Assembly (NCBI GenBank): GCA_964495375.1
Contig: CAZBWM010000012.1
Span: forward strand, 11,323 to 75,322
DNA: 64,000 bases
Source: an uncultured Planctomycetaceae bacterium
GTDB lineage: Bacteria > Planctomycetota > Planctomycetia > Pirellulales > JAEUIK01
Direction: 5' to 3'
How positions within the stretch are numbered: the first letter of the stretch is position 1; the number at the start of each line of letters is the position of its first letter. The translations under genes and the position numbers were made by a program. Positions 42,148-51,633 of this stretch are shown in pieces. The notes beneath the pieces were generated by a model. The model was given only the letters and a program-made list of their open reading frames with translations. It made no database searches and was not told the origin of the DNA.

Positions 42148-44676
42148 ATGCTGGCGTGGGGATTTCGATTTTCTGGCAATCCCGGCGCCCGCTCCGCGCC
42201 GGCTCGGCTCGGGGCGTTTCGTCGTGTCGCCGTACGGCCAATCTGGTGCCTGCTTGCGGGCCTGCTCGCTTTGCTGCTGTTCGCCGTCGCGCGACCGACC
42301 ACGGCTCAGATGACGATCCCCACGACCGGCGTGCTTCCCCCCGCGATGCCCACCCGGTCGCTGCTCTTGGGAAACCAGCTCACGCAACTGCGGGCCGATT
42401 GGGCCAGCCCAGTCAACGCCACGCAGCAGCTCTACATCAACAGCGTGAACGGCTTTGCCAATCGCGCGACGAGCGGGGCGGCCCCCACGACGCTGGCCAC
42501 GGCCGCCGCCGACGGCGCCACGGCCGAGAACGCCGGTTTACGCTACGCCATGACGGGAAATGCCGCCGACTTGAACAAGACGGTCGGCGCGCTGTTGGTC
42601 GCGGCCGTACCCAACCCAGGCTACTTGAACGATCAGAACGCATTCATCACGCGCCCCGAGATGGTGACCAACTATCTGATGGCGTACGACTTCATTCGAG
42701 GCGCGCCACTGGCAGATCTTCCCCAGGCCACGCGCACGCAGATTGAAACGCGGCTCGCCTCGCTGGCCGCGAGCCTTGACTACGGCAACGGCACCGACAG
42801 CAACGCGCGGGCGAAGATCGGCGGCACTGTGGCCCTGGCGGGTGAGATCCTTCGCAATCAGACGCTACTCAATCGCGGCCTGACCGATTTGCAGAAGAAT
42901 CTCAACTACAGTACCACCGATGATGGTTGGTACGCCGACGCCCCCTCCGGCTATCTCAATTACACGTTGCGGCATTTCGCCACATTCGTGCGGGCGTATG
43001 AGCAGGGCTCGGGGGTAAACCTTTACCCCAACTTGCAACCATTCGTCGAGATGACCAACGCTTTGCGATTACCTAATGGCGAAGTGCCCAACGTGGTCAA
43101 CGGTCTGAATCTACCGGTCGCTACGAGCCTGCTGACGAACAACCCCGACGCCCAGCAGGCCGGCCAGGCGCTGTGGTATTTGAACAATATCGCAACGCTG
43201 AATCCGCTCCCCTGGAATACCGAGACGAACGTCACCAACAACGACGGTTCGTTGGCGACGTTCTTCGCGCTGACGAACTTTCATGTCGCGCCGGTGGCAC
43301 CCGCGTCGCCAACCTATCTCGCGCAGGGTCAAAGCCACGTCACCGTGCTGCGGCAGGATTTTGGCCCCACGAGCGACTACTTGTTGTTGTCGGCCGGCAT
43401 CGATCCGCCGGCGACGGTGCTGAGCTTTCCCGGAGATCCGCCGGAAAACTACATCATTCCGGCTTATCATTCGCATGCCGACACGGGCGAGATTCTGGTG
43501 GCCTCGGGCGGGCAATACTTACTCGTGGCGCCGGGCTACGATCGCACCGACTACTCGAACGCGCCGCCGGGCTTCGCGCCGCAGAGCGCCGACTGGCACA
43601 ACGTGGTGCTCGTCGACGGGGGACTGGGGATCAAGCCCGACAATTTCGCCTTCACGAGCGAAGGGCTGGCGATGCGCCCGGGCGATTTCACGAGCACGCA
43701 TCGGCTCGACAGCGGCGAGTTCGGCAGCCATCACGGCGTGTCCGATTTCTCGACGCTCAGGATGAACTACGCCCAGACCGACGTGTCACGGAGTGTCGGA
43801 CTGGCGAACGAAGATTATTTCGTCGTGGCCGATCGCATGCAGGGGACCCAGAGCCATGCCTACGGATTCAATCTCGTCGGCCTGGGGACACAGACGGTGC
43901 TCACCGACACGCCCGACCTGGTCGAAGTGCAGTGGGAGCAGAACGGGCAGCGGGTGATTCAGCATCTGGTGTCGACGCACGCCATGTCGCTGACGACCGC
44001 TGCGCTGGCCATGCACGACACTTACAACCAGTTCGTCACCACGCAGCGGATGACGGCCACGATCGAGGCCACGGCCGGGCAGTTCTTGAGCATTCTGGAA
44101 ACGGGTCCGGCCGGCGGCCCCGCACAACTGGCGATTACCGATCTTTCGACCAGCACACTGGCCGCGGCCGAAGTGCTCAATGCTGGCGCAGGTTGGACCG
44201 ACACGATCCTCTCGCAGCGCAACACGCAGTTGGCGCTGGCCGGCGATTTGTTGAGCGACGGGCAGTACGCCTACGTGCGACAAAGCGGCGGCACGGTCGC
44301 CAGCGCGATGCTGGCAGCCGGCACGCGGATTGACTTTGCCGGTCACACCCTCTTGCGCACCACCTCGGCGCTCACCATGTCGGCCGCCTTCGAGAGCGAT
44401 AGCGTATTGGGCACCATCTCGGCCGATGAATTTGTGAGCGGAACGGAGTTGCATTTGTTCGGCCGCACGATCGGCTCGGCGACGCTCAACGGCGCGCCGT
44501 TGGCCTTTTTGAACGGGCCAGAGTTTGACGTGGTCTATGTGACCGGACCTGGCGATCTCGTTGTGACGTATCTCGCGGTGCCGGAGCCGAGTGGGCTGAT
44601 GCTGGGAGTGATCGGCGCGCTGAGTGTGGTGGGCATGCAGGTGCGGCGGCGAAGCAGTCTCGCGGCTACGCACTAG
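42148..44676 (+). CDS. heparinase II/III (alginate-lyase-like) family protein with C-terminal PEP-CTERM anchor
   Basis: ATG 42148 within ORF 41776..44676. Signal/TM LLAGLLALLLFAVARPTTA. AYHSHADTGEILVASGGQYLLVAPGY..DWHNVVLVDG (heparinase II/III C-domain pattern). C-terminus VPEPSGLMLGVIGALSVVGMQVRRR. Confidence 0.65.
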   Translation: MLAWGFRFSGNPGARSAPARLGAFRRVAVRPIWCLLAGLLALLLFAVARPTTAQMTIPTTGVLPPAMPTRSLLLGNQLTQLRADWASPVNATQQLYINSVNGFANRATSGAAPTTLATAAADGATAENAGLRYAMTGNAADLNKTVGALLVAAVPNPGYLNDQNAFITRPEMVTNYLMAYDFIRGAPLADLPQATRTQIETRLASLAASLDYGNGTDSNARAKIGGTVALAGEILRNQTLLNRGLTDLQKNLNYSTTDDGWYADAPSGYLNYTLRHFATFVRAYEQGSGVNLYPNLQPFVEMTNALRLPNGEVPNVVNGLNLPVATSLLTNNPDAQQAGQALWYLNNIATLNPLPWNTETNVTNNDGSLATFFALTNFHVAPVAPASPTYLAQGQSHVTVLRQDFGPTSDYLLLSAGIDPPATVLSFPGDPPENYIIPAYHSHADTGEILVASGGQYLLVAPGYDRTDYSNAPPGFAPQSADWHNVVLVDGGLGIKPDNFAFTSEGLAMRPGDFTSTHRLDSGEFGSHHGVSDFSTLRMNYAQTDVSRSVGLANEDYFVVADRMQGTQSHAYGFNLVGLGTQTVLTDTPDLVEVQWEQNGQRVIQHLVSTHAMSLTTAALAMHDTYNQFVTTQRMTATIEATAGQFLSILETGPAGGPAQLAITDLSTSTLAAAEVLNAGAGWTDTILSQRNTQLALAGDLLSDGQYAYVRQSGGTVASAMLAAGTRIDFAGHTLLRTTSALTMSAAFESDSVLGTISADEFVSGTELHLFGRTIGSATLNGAPLAFLNGPEFDVVYVTGPGDLVVTYLAVPEPSGLMLGVIGALSVVGMQVRRRSSLAATH

Positions 44677-44707
44677 CACCTCGCGCGGAAGTCTCCGCAC
44701 CAGGCGA

Positions 44708-47455
44708 TCAGCGGAAGCGAGGGTCCGCGGCGCTAGCGTCGGCGCTGGGGTCACTGAGCAAGTAGCCGAGCAGGTCAAGAATTTCTTCTTGCCTAAGCAC
44801 GTTGAGCGTGCCGGCGGGCATGTTCGAGATGTTCGATTTGTGCCGCTCGGCGATCTGGTCGACAGCGATCTCAATGGGAGACTCGCCGGCGGCGCTGGGG
44901 CGCAAGACGAGCGTTTGCGCGTCTTCGCGCTCAATGCGCCCCGAGAAGACCTGACCCCCGTCGGTCGCCACGACAAAGATCGCGTATTCATCGGCGATTT
45001 TGTTGGCGGGTGAGAGTAGCGACTCGAGCAGATCGCGCGGAGTGAGCCGGCGGCTGATGCCCGTAAGATTCGGCCCGACGGAGCCTCCCTCGCCGCCGAA
45101 GCGGTGGCACTCGGCGCAACCGATTTCGCGAAATAGGTTCTGGCCGGCATCGACGGAGCGCGCGGCGACTTGCTCCAAGTGGGGGACGAGATCGTCGAGT
45201 TGCCAATCGCGCACGAACGGACGGGTCGGTTGGAGCTGACTGATCCAGGTGCGCAGCAGTTCGACGGCCGCCACGTCGACCGCGCGCGACACCAGCGGCG
45301 GCATCTGCCCCGCGCCGCGCTGCGACAGCCGACGCACGAGCACCGAGCGGTCGGGCTCGCCGGGGGCCACGAGCATCGCGTTGTCGATGCCAAACGTGTC
45401 GTGCTGCGGTCGGGCGCCGATCAGCTTCATATCGGCGGTCGGCGTGGCCAGCCCCAGTTCCATGCGGGCGTTCCCTCCGCCGGCGGCCACGTGGCAGACC
45501 GAACAATTGACGTGCAGGTACGCGCGAGCGCGAGCTTCGATATTTTGTGACCCGTCTTGCGACTCATCGTGCGGGTCGGTCAGTCGGGCGAGCTCGGCCG
45601 GCGGTTTGGGGAGCGGGGCACTGAACAGCCCGATGTGGTCGAGCGACCGCAACTGGTTGTCGGCACCAGCGGGATAGTTGTGGTCGCGGTTCAATTGTGC
45701 TTCGGTAAGCCCGAGCACAAAATTGGCGGCGCGGCTGTGGCAGGCGAGACATTCGGCGCGGCTGGGAAAGCGCCACGAGCGCTGCGGCTGCGAATCGGCG
45801 ATCGGTAGCGTCGCATCGGCGCCATCGCGCGGTACCAGCACGGCATCGGTTTGCTCGTCGTTCCAGCGGTAACTGAAGCCGGCCCACTCCCCTTGTTGGC
45901 GCAGCAGCACGCGGGTTTCGATACGGCGGATTGTGGCTTCGTTCGCGTCCGCTCCATCTTCTCGACTCGACTGCTCGATCGAGAGCGTTTGCACGAGCGC
46001 CGTGCCATCGGGGAAGGTCCAGCTCGGCCCCGACGTGTAGCCGACCTGCGCGTCGCCGGGCACGGCCAGGTAGCGCTCGGCCGTGGCGCCGTCGTGCCAG
46101 CCGGGGGCGTTGATCGAGTAGGGGATCACCCCCGCGGCCGGACGATGCTCGCTGGTTGTCGCGAACAGCCCGGTCTCGCTGAGTCGCTGCGGGAAGGGAG
46201 TTGGCGGCGCGGTCGTTTGATTTCGCACCAGGCGATAGAGAGCGCCGCCGGTGTGATCGACCACGAGCAGTTGGCCCGAGCGCGTGGTGCGAAAGGCGGC
46301 GATCGCCAGTTGCGTGTCGGCCAGTTCGCGATGCCAGAGGGGATGCTGTCCATCGTGCTTCATTCCCCAGATGCGGCCGCTGGAGTAGTCTCCGTAAAGG
46401 TAGGCGCCGGCCAGTTCAGGGAATTGCTGGCCATAGTAGACGTCGCCGCCGGTGAGCGAGCGGAACTCGGCGTGATGGTGCTCGATGGTCGGCAGTACCA
46501 GCGGCGTCGGCCCGCGGCGACGACCGAGATAGAACGGATGGCTTCCTTCATAAACGCTCCAGCCAAAATTGTCTCCGCGGTTCACCAGGTGGGCGGTTTC
46601 CCAGAGGTCTTGCCCGTTGTTGCCGACCCAGAGGTGGCCAGTCTGGCGATCGACACACATTCGCCAGGGGTTTCGCAGACCGTAGGCCCAGATTTCTCCG
46701 CGAGCATTCGGAGTGTTAACAAAGGGGTTGTCGGCCGGCACCGCGTAGGGGCGCGCGTCGGTCGGCTTGTCGACGTCGATCCGCAGCACGCTGCCGAGCA
46801 GATCATCAAGCGTCTGGCCCGAGTCCCAGGTGTCGGAATCGCCGGTGCCGTCGCCGGTCGTGATGTACAGCATGCCATCAAGGCCAAAGACGAGGTCGCC
46901 CCCGTCGTGTCCCATCGAACGCCACTCGATGACGGTCTGCTCGCTGTCGGGCGCGATGACGTGCGTGTCGGGAGCAACCGTGTAGCGCGCGACGCGGTTC
47001 GTGCGCTTCTGGTCGCCGGTCGGTCCGTTGCTGAACAGGTAGACAAAACCATTGCGGGCGAAGTCGGGATGGAACGCGAGCGAGTAAAGGAGCCGGCCGG
47101 GGAGCTCGAAGTAGGTCTCGAACTTGTCGGTATTGAATTCGTTCGACACGCGCACGATGCGCGAGCCTTGTTTGCCATCGGTCGATGCCAACACGATGAG
47201 CAAGTGATCGCTACCGGGCTCTTCGATGGCGTAGATCGGCGACGCGAGCGCCAAGTTCTGATAGACGCGCTCGACAGTGAACTCCAGCGGTGGCTCGGGC
47301 GAACCGATCAGGCGCGACGCGGTCCACGGTACGCGCTTGTCGAGGCCGAAGGGAGTGTCTGCGGCGCGGGCCAGTGTGTACGCCGCGCCGGGCAGCACGA
47401 GCAGCGCGATTAGCGGCAGGGCAGTTTGTCGGGCAGCTCGGCAGTTTCGACGCAT
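44708..47455 (-). CDS. PQQ-dependent sugar dehydrogenase (SGDH-type beta-propeller) fused to three c-type haem domains
   Basis: ATG 47455 gives the signal peptide ALPLIALLVLPGAAYTLARA. GMLYITTGDGTG, GSVLRIDVD, WAYGLRNPWR, GNNGQDLWE. CxxCH three times (CLACH, CSVCH, CAECH). Confidence 0.75.
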   Translation of the reverse strand: MRRNCRAARQTALPLIALLVLPGAAYTLARAADTPFGLDKRVPWTASRLIGSPEPPLEFTVERVYQNLALASPIYAIEEPGSDHLLIVLASTDGKQGSRIVRVSNEFNTDKFETYFELPGRLLYSLAFHPDFARNGFVYLFSNGPTGDQKRTNRVARYTVAPDTHVIAPDSEQTVIEWRSMGHDGGDLVFGLDGMLYITTGDGTGDSDTWDSGQTLDDLLGSVLRIDVDKPTDARPYAVPADNPFVNTPNARGEIWAYGLRNPWRMCVDRQTGHLWVGNNGQDLWETAHLVNRGDNFGWSVYEGSHPFYLGRRRGPTPLVLPTIEHHHAEFRSLTGGDVYYGQQFPELAGAYLYGDYSSGRIWGMKHDGQHPLWHRELADTQLAIAAFRTTRSGQLLVVDHTGGALYRLVRNQTTAPPTPFPQRLSETGLFATTSEHRPAAGVIPYSINAPGWHDGATAERYLAVPGDAQVGYTSGPSWTFPDGTALVQTLSIEQSSREDGADANEATIRRIETRVLLRQQGEWAGFSYRWNDEQTDAVLVPRDGADATLPIADSQPQRSWRFPSRAECLACHSRAANFVLGLTEAQLNRDHNYPAGADNQLRSLDHIGLFSAPLPKPPAELARLTDPHDESQDGSQNIEARARAYLHVNCSVCHVAAGGGNARMELGLATPTADMKLIGARPQHDTFGIDNAMLVAPGEPDRSVLVRRLSQRGAGQMPPLVSRAVDVAAVELLRTWISQLQPTRPFVRDWQLDDLVPHLEQVAARSVDAGQNLFREIGCAECHRFGGEGGSVGPNLTGISRRLTPRDLLESLLSPANKIADEYAIFVVATDGGQVFSGRIEREDAQTLVLRPSAAGESPIEIAVDQIAERHKSNISNMPAGTLNVLRQEEILDLLGYLLSDPSADASAADPRFR

Positions 47456-47486
47456 GCAAACACCTTGGCCCGACTCGTCATGGCGA

Positions 47487-48821
47487 TCAATTGGCCGGCA
47501 GCGCGCCGGAATCAACATGTTCGCGCTCGGGCAAGAACAGGCCGAGAACCGCCGCGGGAAGGAACAGAAACCCAGCGTACATTAGCGCCTGGCGATAGTC
47601 GCCGACTTGCGTGAAGAGTCCGAAGGCCACGGTGCCTGCCGCGGCGGCCAGGCGACCAATGTTGTAGCAGAAGCCCGCGCCGGTGGTGCGCAGCAGGGTG
47701 GGAAACAGCGGTGGCAGATACATCGTGAACAGGGCGAACACGCCGGAACAGGCGCCGACCGCCGCGAGCCAGTAGAGGGTGCTGGTGTGATCGCGCGGCA
47801 CGCCAAAGGTGAGCAGCAGCGAGAGGAAGTAGCTGACGCACAACAGCACGATCGTCAATCGATAGCCGAGCCAGCGCGCGACCGCGGCGGCCAGAAAATT
47901 GCCAACGATCGACGCGACCATCACCAAGGTCATCGCTTCGCTGACGAATTGGCTGCGCTGGGCGTCGCTCCAGGCGGCCAGATCGGGCAGATTGCGCAGA
48001 TGCTGCGAGCACCAGAACATGAAGGCCCAATGCCCCGAGAGTGAGAAGGCGCAGACCAAGAGCGTCAACCAGGTGATGCGGCGCACGCTGCCGCGGAAGA
48101 GGTCGAGAATGCCGGGCTCGTTGTCGCGCGATTGGGCTTTGGCGGCGTGCCAGCCATCAGTCTCGGGGACGTTACGCCGTATCCAGAGCACAAGTAATGC
48201 TGGCGCGACGCCGATCAAGAAGACGGTGCGCGGCGGAAAGCCGGCCAGCACGAAGACGGAAAAACTCGCCAGCATGACGCCGAGATTCACGGCCGATTGG
48301 AGCACGGCCGCCAACCAGGGTCGCCAGTTGCGCGGCCAGGTTTCTGACAAGAGCGCGGCGCCGACCGCCCATTCGCCGCCGATGCCCAAGGCCGCGAGGA
48401 AGCGGAAGATCAGCAGGTGCCACCAGGTTTGCGCGAAGAACGACAGGCCCGTGAACAGCGCGTACGTGAGAATCGTGAGCACCAGCGCCCGGCTGCGTCC
48501 CAGGCGATCGCCCAAGCGGCCGAAGAATCCACCGCCCAGCGCCCAGCCGACGAGAAACGATGCTTGAATCCAACTGGCGTGCTCGCCGACGGCCGGGTCC
48601 TTGCGATCGACGGCCAACAGTTCGGCGACGAACGGCGTGGCGACGAGCGTGTAGAGGTGCATGTCGAGCCCATCGAACAGCCAGCCGAGCCAGGCGGCCG
48701 CGCCCGACTTCCACTGCGTGTGGGTGAGATCGCGCAGCCGCACGGCTTGCGCGGGCGAGGGCGTGGCGGCGCTACGGGTTGGCGCCCCGGCTTCGGCGGG
48801 CGGTAATTCACTGACTGACAT
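47487..48821 (-). CDS. MFS transporter
   Basis: 12 predicted TM helices. GWLFDGLDMHLY and GRLGDRLGRSRAL (MFS loop 2-3 motif). Confidence 0.85.
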   Translation of the reverse strand: MSVSELPPAEAGAPTRSAATPSPAQAVRLRDLTHTQWKSGAAAWLGWLFDGLDMHLYTLVATPFVAELLAVDRKDPAVGEHASWIQASFLVGWALGGGFFGRLGDRLGRSRALVLTILTYALFTGLSFFAQTWWHLLIFRFLAALGIGGEWAVGAALLSETWPRNWRPWLAAVLQSAVNLGVMLASFSVFVLAGFPPRTVFLIGVAPALLVLWIRRNVPETDGWHAAKAQSRDNEPGILDLFRGSVRRITWLTLLVCAFSLSGHWAFMFWCSQHLRNLPDLAAWSDAQRSQFVSEAMTLVMVASIVGNFLAAAVARWLGYRLTIVLLCVSYFLSLLLTFGVPRDHTSTLYWLAAVGACSGVFALFTMYLPPLFPTLLRTTGAGFCYNIGRLAAAAGTVAFGLFTQVGDYRQALMYAGFLFLPAAVLGLFLPEREHVDSGALPAN

Positions 48822-48870
48822 TGCGAAACCTTCTTATCCGGTAGTGGGTCAGTCCAAATCAATCTCGCGT

Positions 48871-48951
48871 CCGAACGGTGTCAGGAACCGATTCAAGCAA
48901 GGCCTCACCAACATCTGGGCAACAATGGAAACGGTTCCTGACACCGTTCGG
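48871..48951. repeat. palindromic GGTGTCAGGAACCG element (copy 2)
   Basis: ccgaacggtgtcaggaaccgattcaagc...ggaaacggttcctgacaccgttcgg, with a 20-bp perfect stem. Confidence 0.75.
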
Positions 48952-48983
48952 GCTGCCCGCTGACCAGACTGACCCACAGTTAT

Positions 48984-50075
48984 CTATCCGCGCATATCGA
49001 CTTGCGCCGGATTGATGGCTTTGTACTTTCCTTTGTTGGCCGTGATCTCGAAGGCCTGGGGGACCGACTGGATGCCTGGCAGGATATGCGTAATCGTCGG
49101 CGCGAGACCGACGCGGCCCGAGGCGACGAGCCGCACCGTGTGCTCCAGGTGTTGCGGCGTGCTGATATCGGGGAACAGGTAGCGCAAGCTGCGCTCGCGG
49201 AGCGTGTCGATATTGACTTCTAACGGACCACCGAACCAGGAAACGCCGATGATCTTGCCGCCGGAGCGGACGGCGTCGATCGCTTGCGTCAACGTGCGGC
49301 TGCCGGCCAATCCTTGCTTGACGCTACCGCCGGCGCATTCGAAGACGACGTCGGCGCCGATGTCTTCGGTCAGGTCGCGGATCGTGGCCACGGCATCGCA
49401 GGTGCTGGCGTTGAGCGCCACGTCGGCGCCGAGCTGCTTAGACATCGCGCACGCTTCGTCGCGCACGTCGACCGTGATCACGCGCCCCGCGCCACTCACG
49501 CGGGCGATCTGCAGGCATTCGAGGCCCATGCTCCCCTGACCGAAGATCACTACGGTGTCGCCGATCTGGAGGTCGGCCGTTTCGACCGCCGCCACGCTAT
49601 CGCTCAACGATTGCAGGCAGGCGGCTTCGCTGTCGGAGATCGAGTCGTCGACTTTCACGAGGGCGATCTCGGGTAGCAGCGCCAGCTCGGAGAAGCAGCC
49701 GGGGAGATCGAAGCCGATCACCGGTCCGCGACGGCAGAGCGTGCTGCGCCCCGAGTCGCAGAGAGCACAGTGCTGACAGGGGAGTTTTGCCCGGGCCGCG
49801 ACGCGCTCGCCGACGCGAAACCTCGTGACCCCGGCACCAGTGGCGACGATCCGCGCGCAGAACTCGTGGCCGAAGAGTTGCACCGGGGCTTCGGTTTCCA
49901 AGCGGCGTTTGATGCGATCAAACGCCAGCGTGGGAATGCCACAGGCCAGTTGCGCTTCGGTGACGGAGGGCTGCACGACCAGCGGTTCGACCACCACGTG
50001 CGCGGCAGGGCACGCGGGCTCGGGCACGTCGTCGAGCCGCAGATCGTTGAACGCGTAGAATCGCCAGGCCTTCAT
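48984..50075 (-). CDS. zinc-dependent medium-chain alcohol/polyol dehydrogenase
   Basis: GHEFCARIV catalytic-Zn motif, structural-Zn CQHCALCDSGRSTLC, Rossmann VVIFGQGSMGLECLQIA. Confidence 0.85.
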   Translation of the reverse strand: MKAWRFYAFNDLRLDDVPEPACPAAHVVVEPLVVQPSVTEAQLACGIPTLAFDRIKRRLETEAPVQLFGHEFCARIVATGAGVTRFRVGERVAARAKLPCQHCALCDSGRSTLCRRGPVIGFDLPGCFSELALLPEIALVKVDDSISDSEAACLQSLSDSVAAVETADLQIGDTVVIFGQGSMGLECLQIARVSGAGRVITVDVRDEACAMSKQLGADVALNASTCDAVATIRDLTEDIGADVVFECAGGSVKQGLAGSRTLTQAIDAVRSGGKIIGVSWFGGPLEVNIDTLRERSLRYLFPDISTPQHLEHTVRLVASGRVGLAPTITHILPGIQSVPQAFEITANKGKYKAINPAQVDMRG

Positions 50076-50085
50076 CGGCGGTCAC

Positions 50086-51129
50086 TCAGCGGTTGCGGTC
50101 GGGGAGGGTAGCGCGGGTGAATTTCTGCAAGGAGTGGCAATCGGGGCCGATCGCTCCGCGGGCGATGCCGGCCGTGTAGGTGACTTCGCTCACGTACAGG
50201 TCGCCACGGCGGTCGATCCAGATATCGTGCGGCGCGAAGAAGTCCCCCGGCGAGCAAGGATTGTCGCCGCCCCCCCAGCGCGCTTGCAACTGGCCGTCGG
50301 GCGAAAAGATGCTCATTCGCCCTCCGGTGGCGCCGGGTCCGGGGGGTTCGTTCCCCGGGAACATGCCGGCGCGAAAGCCCAACTCGGCGACAAAGAGGTT
50401 GCCGGCCGCGTCGATGAACACTTCACTCGGCCGAGCGACATCGGTCCACTCGTCGAGATACTCGCCATCGGGCGTGAAGCGCTGCAGGCGACTGTTCTCG
50501 CGATCGGCGATGTAGATCGTTCCTTGCGCGTCGATGGCGATGCCGTGCGGTACGTGAAACTGTCCTGGCCCCGCGCCGGGCTCGCCCCAACTCTTCAGCA
50601 GCCGGCCATCGGGGGAGAAATGATGCACGCGCGCATTGCCGTAGCCGTCGGTGATATAGAGCGAACCATCGGCGGCCAGCGCCAGATTCGTCGGATAGTT
50701 GAACGGCGGGCCGGCGTGGCGAATCTCGCGGTAGTCGACGCTCGTGGCACCGGTGTCCGAGGGTCGGCCACTAGTGCCCAACGTCAGCAGCAGTCGACCT
50801 TCGGGCGTGTACTTGCGCACGGTGTGATCGGTGTCGTCGGTGCAGTAGACCGCGTCGTCGGGGCCGATGGTGATTCCGTGCGGGCGGACGAACTGACCCG
50901 CGCCCCAACCGAAGAGGTAACGCCCGTCGGGCTCGAAGACAGTTACCGGGTTTTCCGAGCGGCTGAAGACGAAGACGCGATCGCGCGAGTCGGTAGCGAC
51001 CGCGACGACTTCCAACCACGACTGGCCGGCAGGCAGCCGAGCCCAATCGGCATTCGCGGAATAGGAAAACTCACCGGCGCCGACGAGCGCGGTTTGCGGG
51101 CGCGATTGTGATGCCGAAGCGGGATTCAT
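50086..51129 (-). CDS. NHL-repeat six-bladed beta-propeller, peptidyl-alpha-hydroxyglycine lyase (PAL)-like
   Basis: Repeated HG(I)xxDxxGxxYxxDxxNxRxxxFxxxG blades (PHGITIGPDDAVYCTDD, PTNLALAADGSLYITDG, PHGIAIDAQGTIYIADRENSRLQRF, PHDIWIDRRGDLYVSE). Stop is 10 nt before the ADH start. Confidence 0.7.
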   Translation of the reverse strand: MNPASASQSRPQTALVGAGEFSYSANADWARLPAGQSWLEVVAVATDSRDRVFVFSRSENPVTVFEPDGRYLFGWGAGQFVRPHGITIGPDDAVYCTDDTDHTVRKYTPEGRLLLTLGTSGRPSDTGATSVDYREIRHAGPPFNYPTNLALAADGSLYITDGYGNARVHHFSPDGRLLKSWGEPGAGPGQFHVPHGIAIDAQGTIYIADRENSRLQRFTPDGEYLDEWTDVARPSEVFIDAAGNLFVAELGFRAGMFPGNEPPGPGATGGRMSIFSPDGQLQARWGGGDNPCSPGDFFAPHDIWIDRRGDLYVSEVTYTAGIARGAIGPDCHSLQKFTRATLPDRNR

Positions 51130-51335
51130 CGAGTAGGCCGCTGGGGTGTGCGAGGTTTTGCGTCAATCGCTTCGCCGCCGATCGCCGATGGAAAAACTAG
51201 CCGGGGCGGCATTTTCGGTCGACGGTGGATGACGCGGGCCGTCATTGTAACCTCGGCCGAGGTGGCGGGTTGAGTAGTGCGGTCGGACGCGATTTCGGGC
51301 CTCAAAATCCGAACGACAAATACACGAGCGTATCT

Positions 51336-51417
51336 CCGAACGGTGTCAGGAACCGATTCAAGTACGTGCCAACGATTAGAGACTTGCCGGTTGAATCGGT
51401 TCCTGACACCGATTGGG
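51336..51417. repeat. palindromic GGTGTCAGGAACCG element (copy 3)
   Basis: ccgaacggtgtcaggaaccgattcaag...ttgaatcggttcctgacaccgattggg, with a 21-bp perfect stem. Confidence 0.75.
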
Positions 51418-51633
51418 CGCGGCTGGGCGGTCGCGGATTGCGCATCGCGGCTGTAACATTCGGCAGAGGTTCGCGCCAGGCGACGAGGAGAGGCCCCCGT
51501 CGCACGGCCCCTGCTGGGCAAAAACCCGCGGGACGAATCTGGCAACACGACGGGGCGATTTCTTAGCAGCGCCGCCTGAGCGGCCCTAAACCGGAACATC
51601 TTCGCAGCTGCACCTGAGAGAGGATCAATTGCC

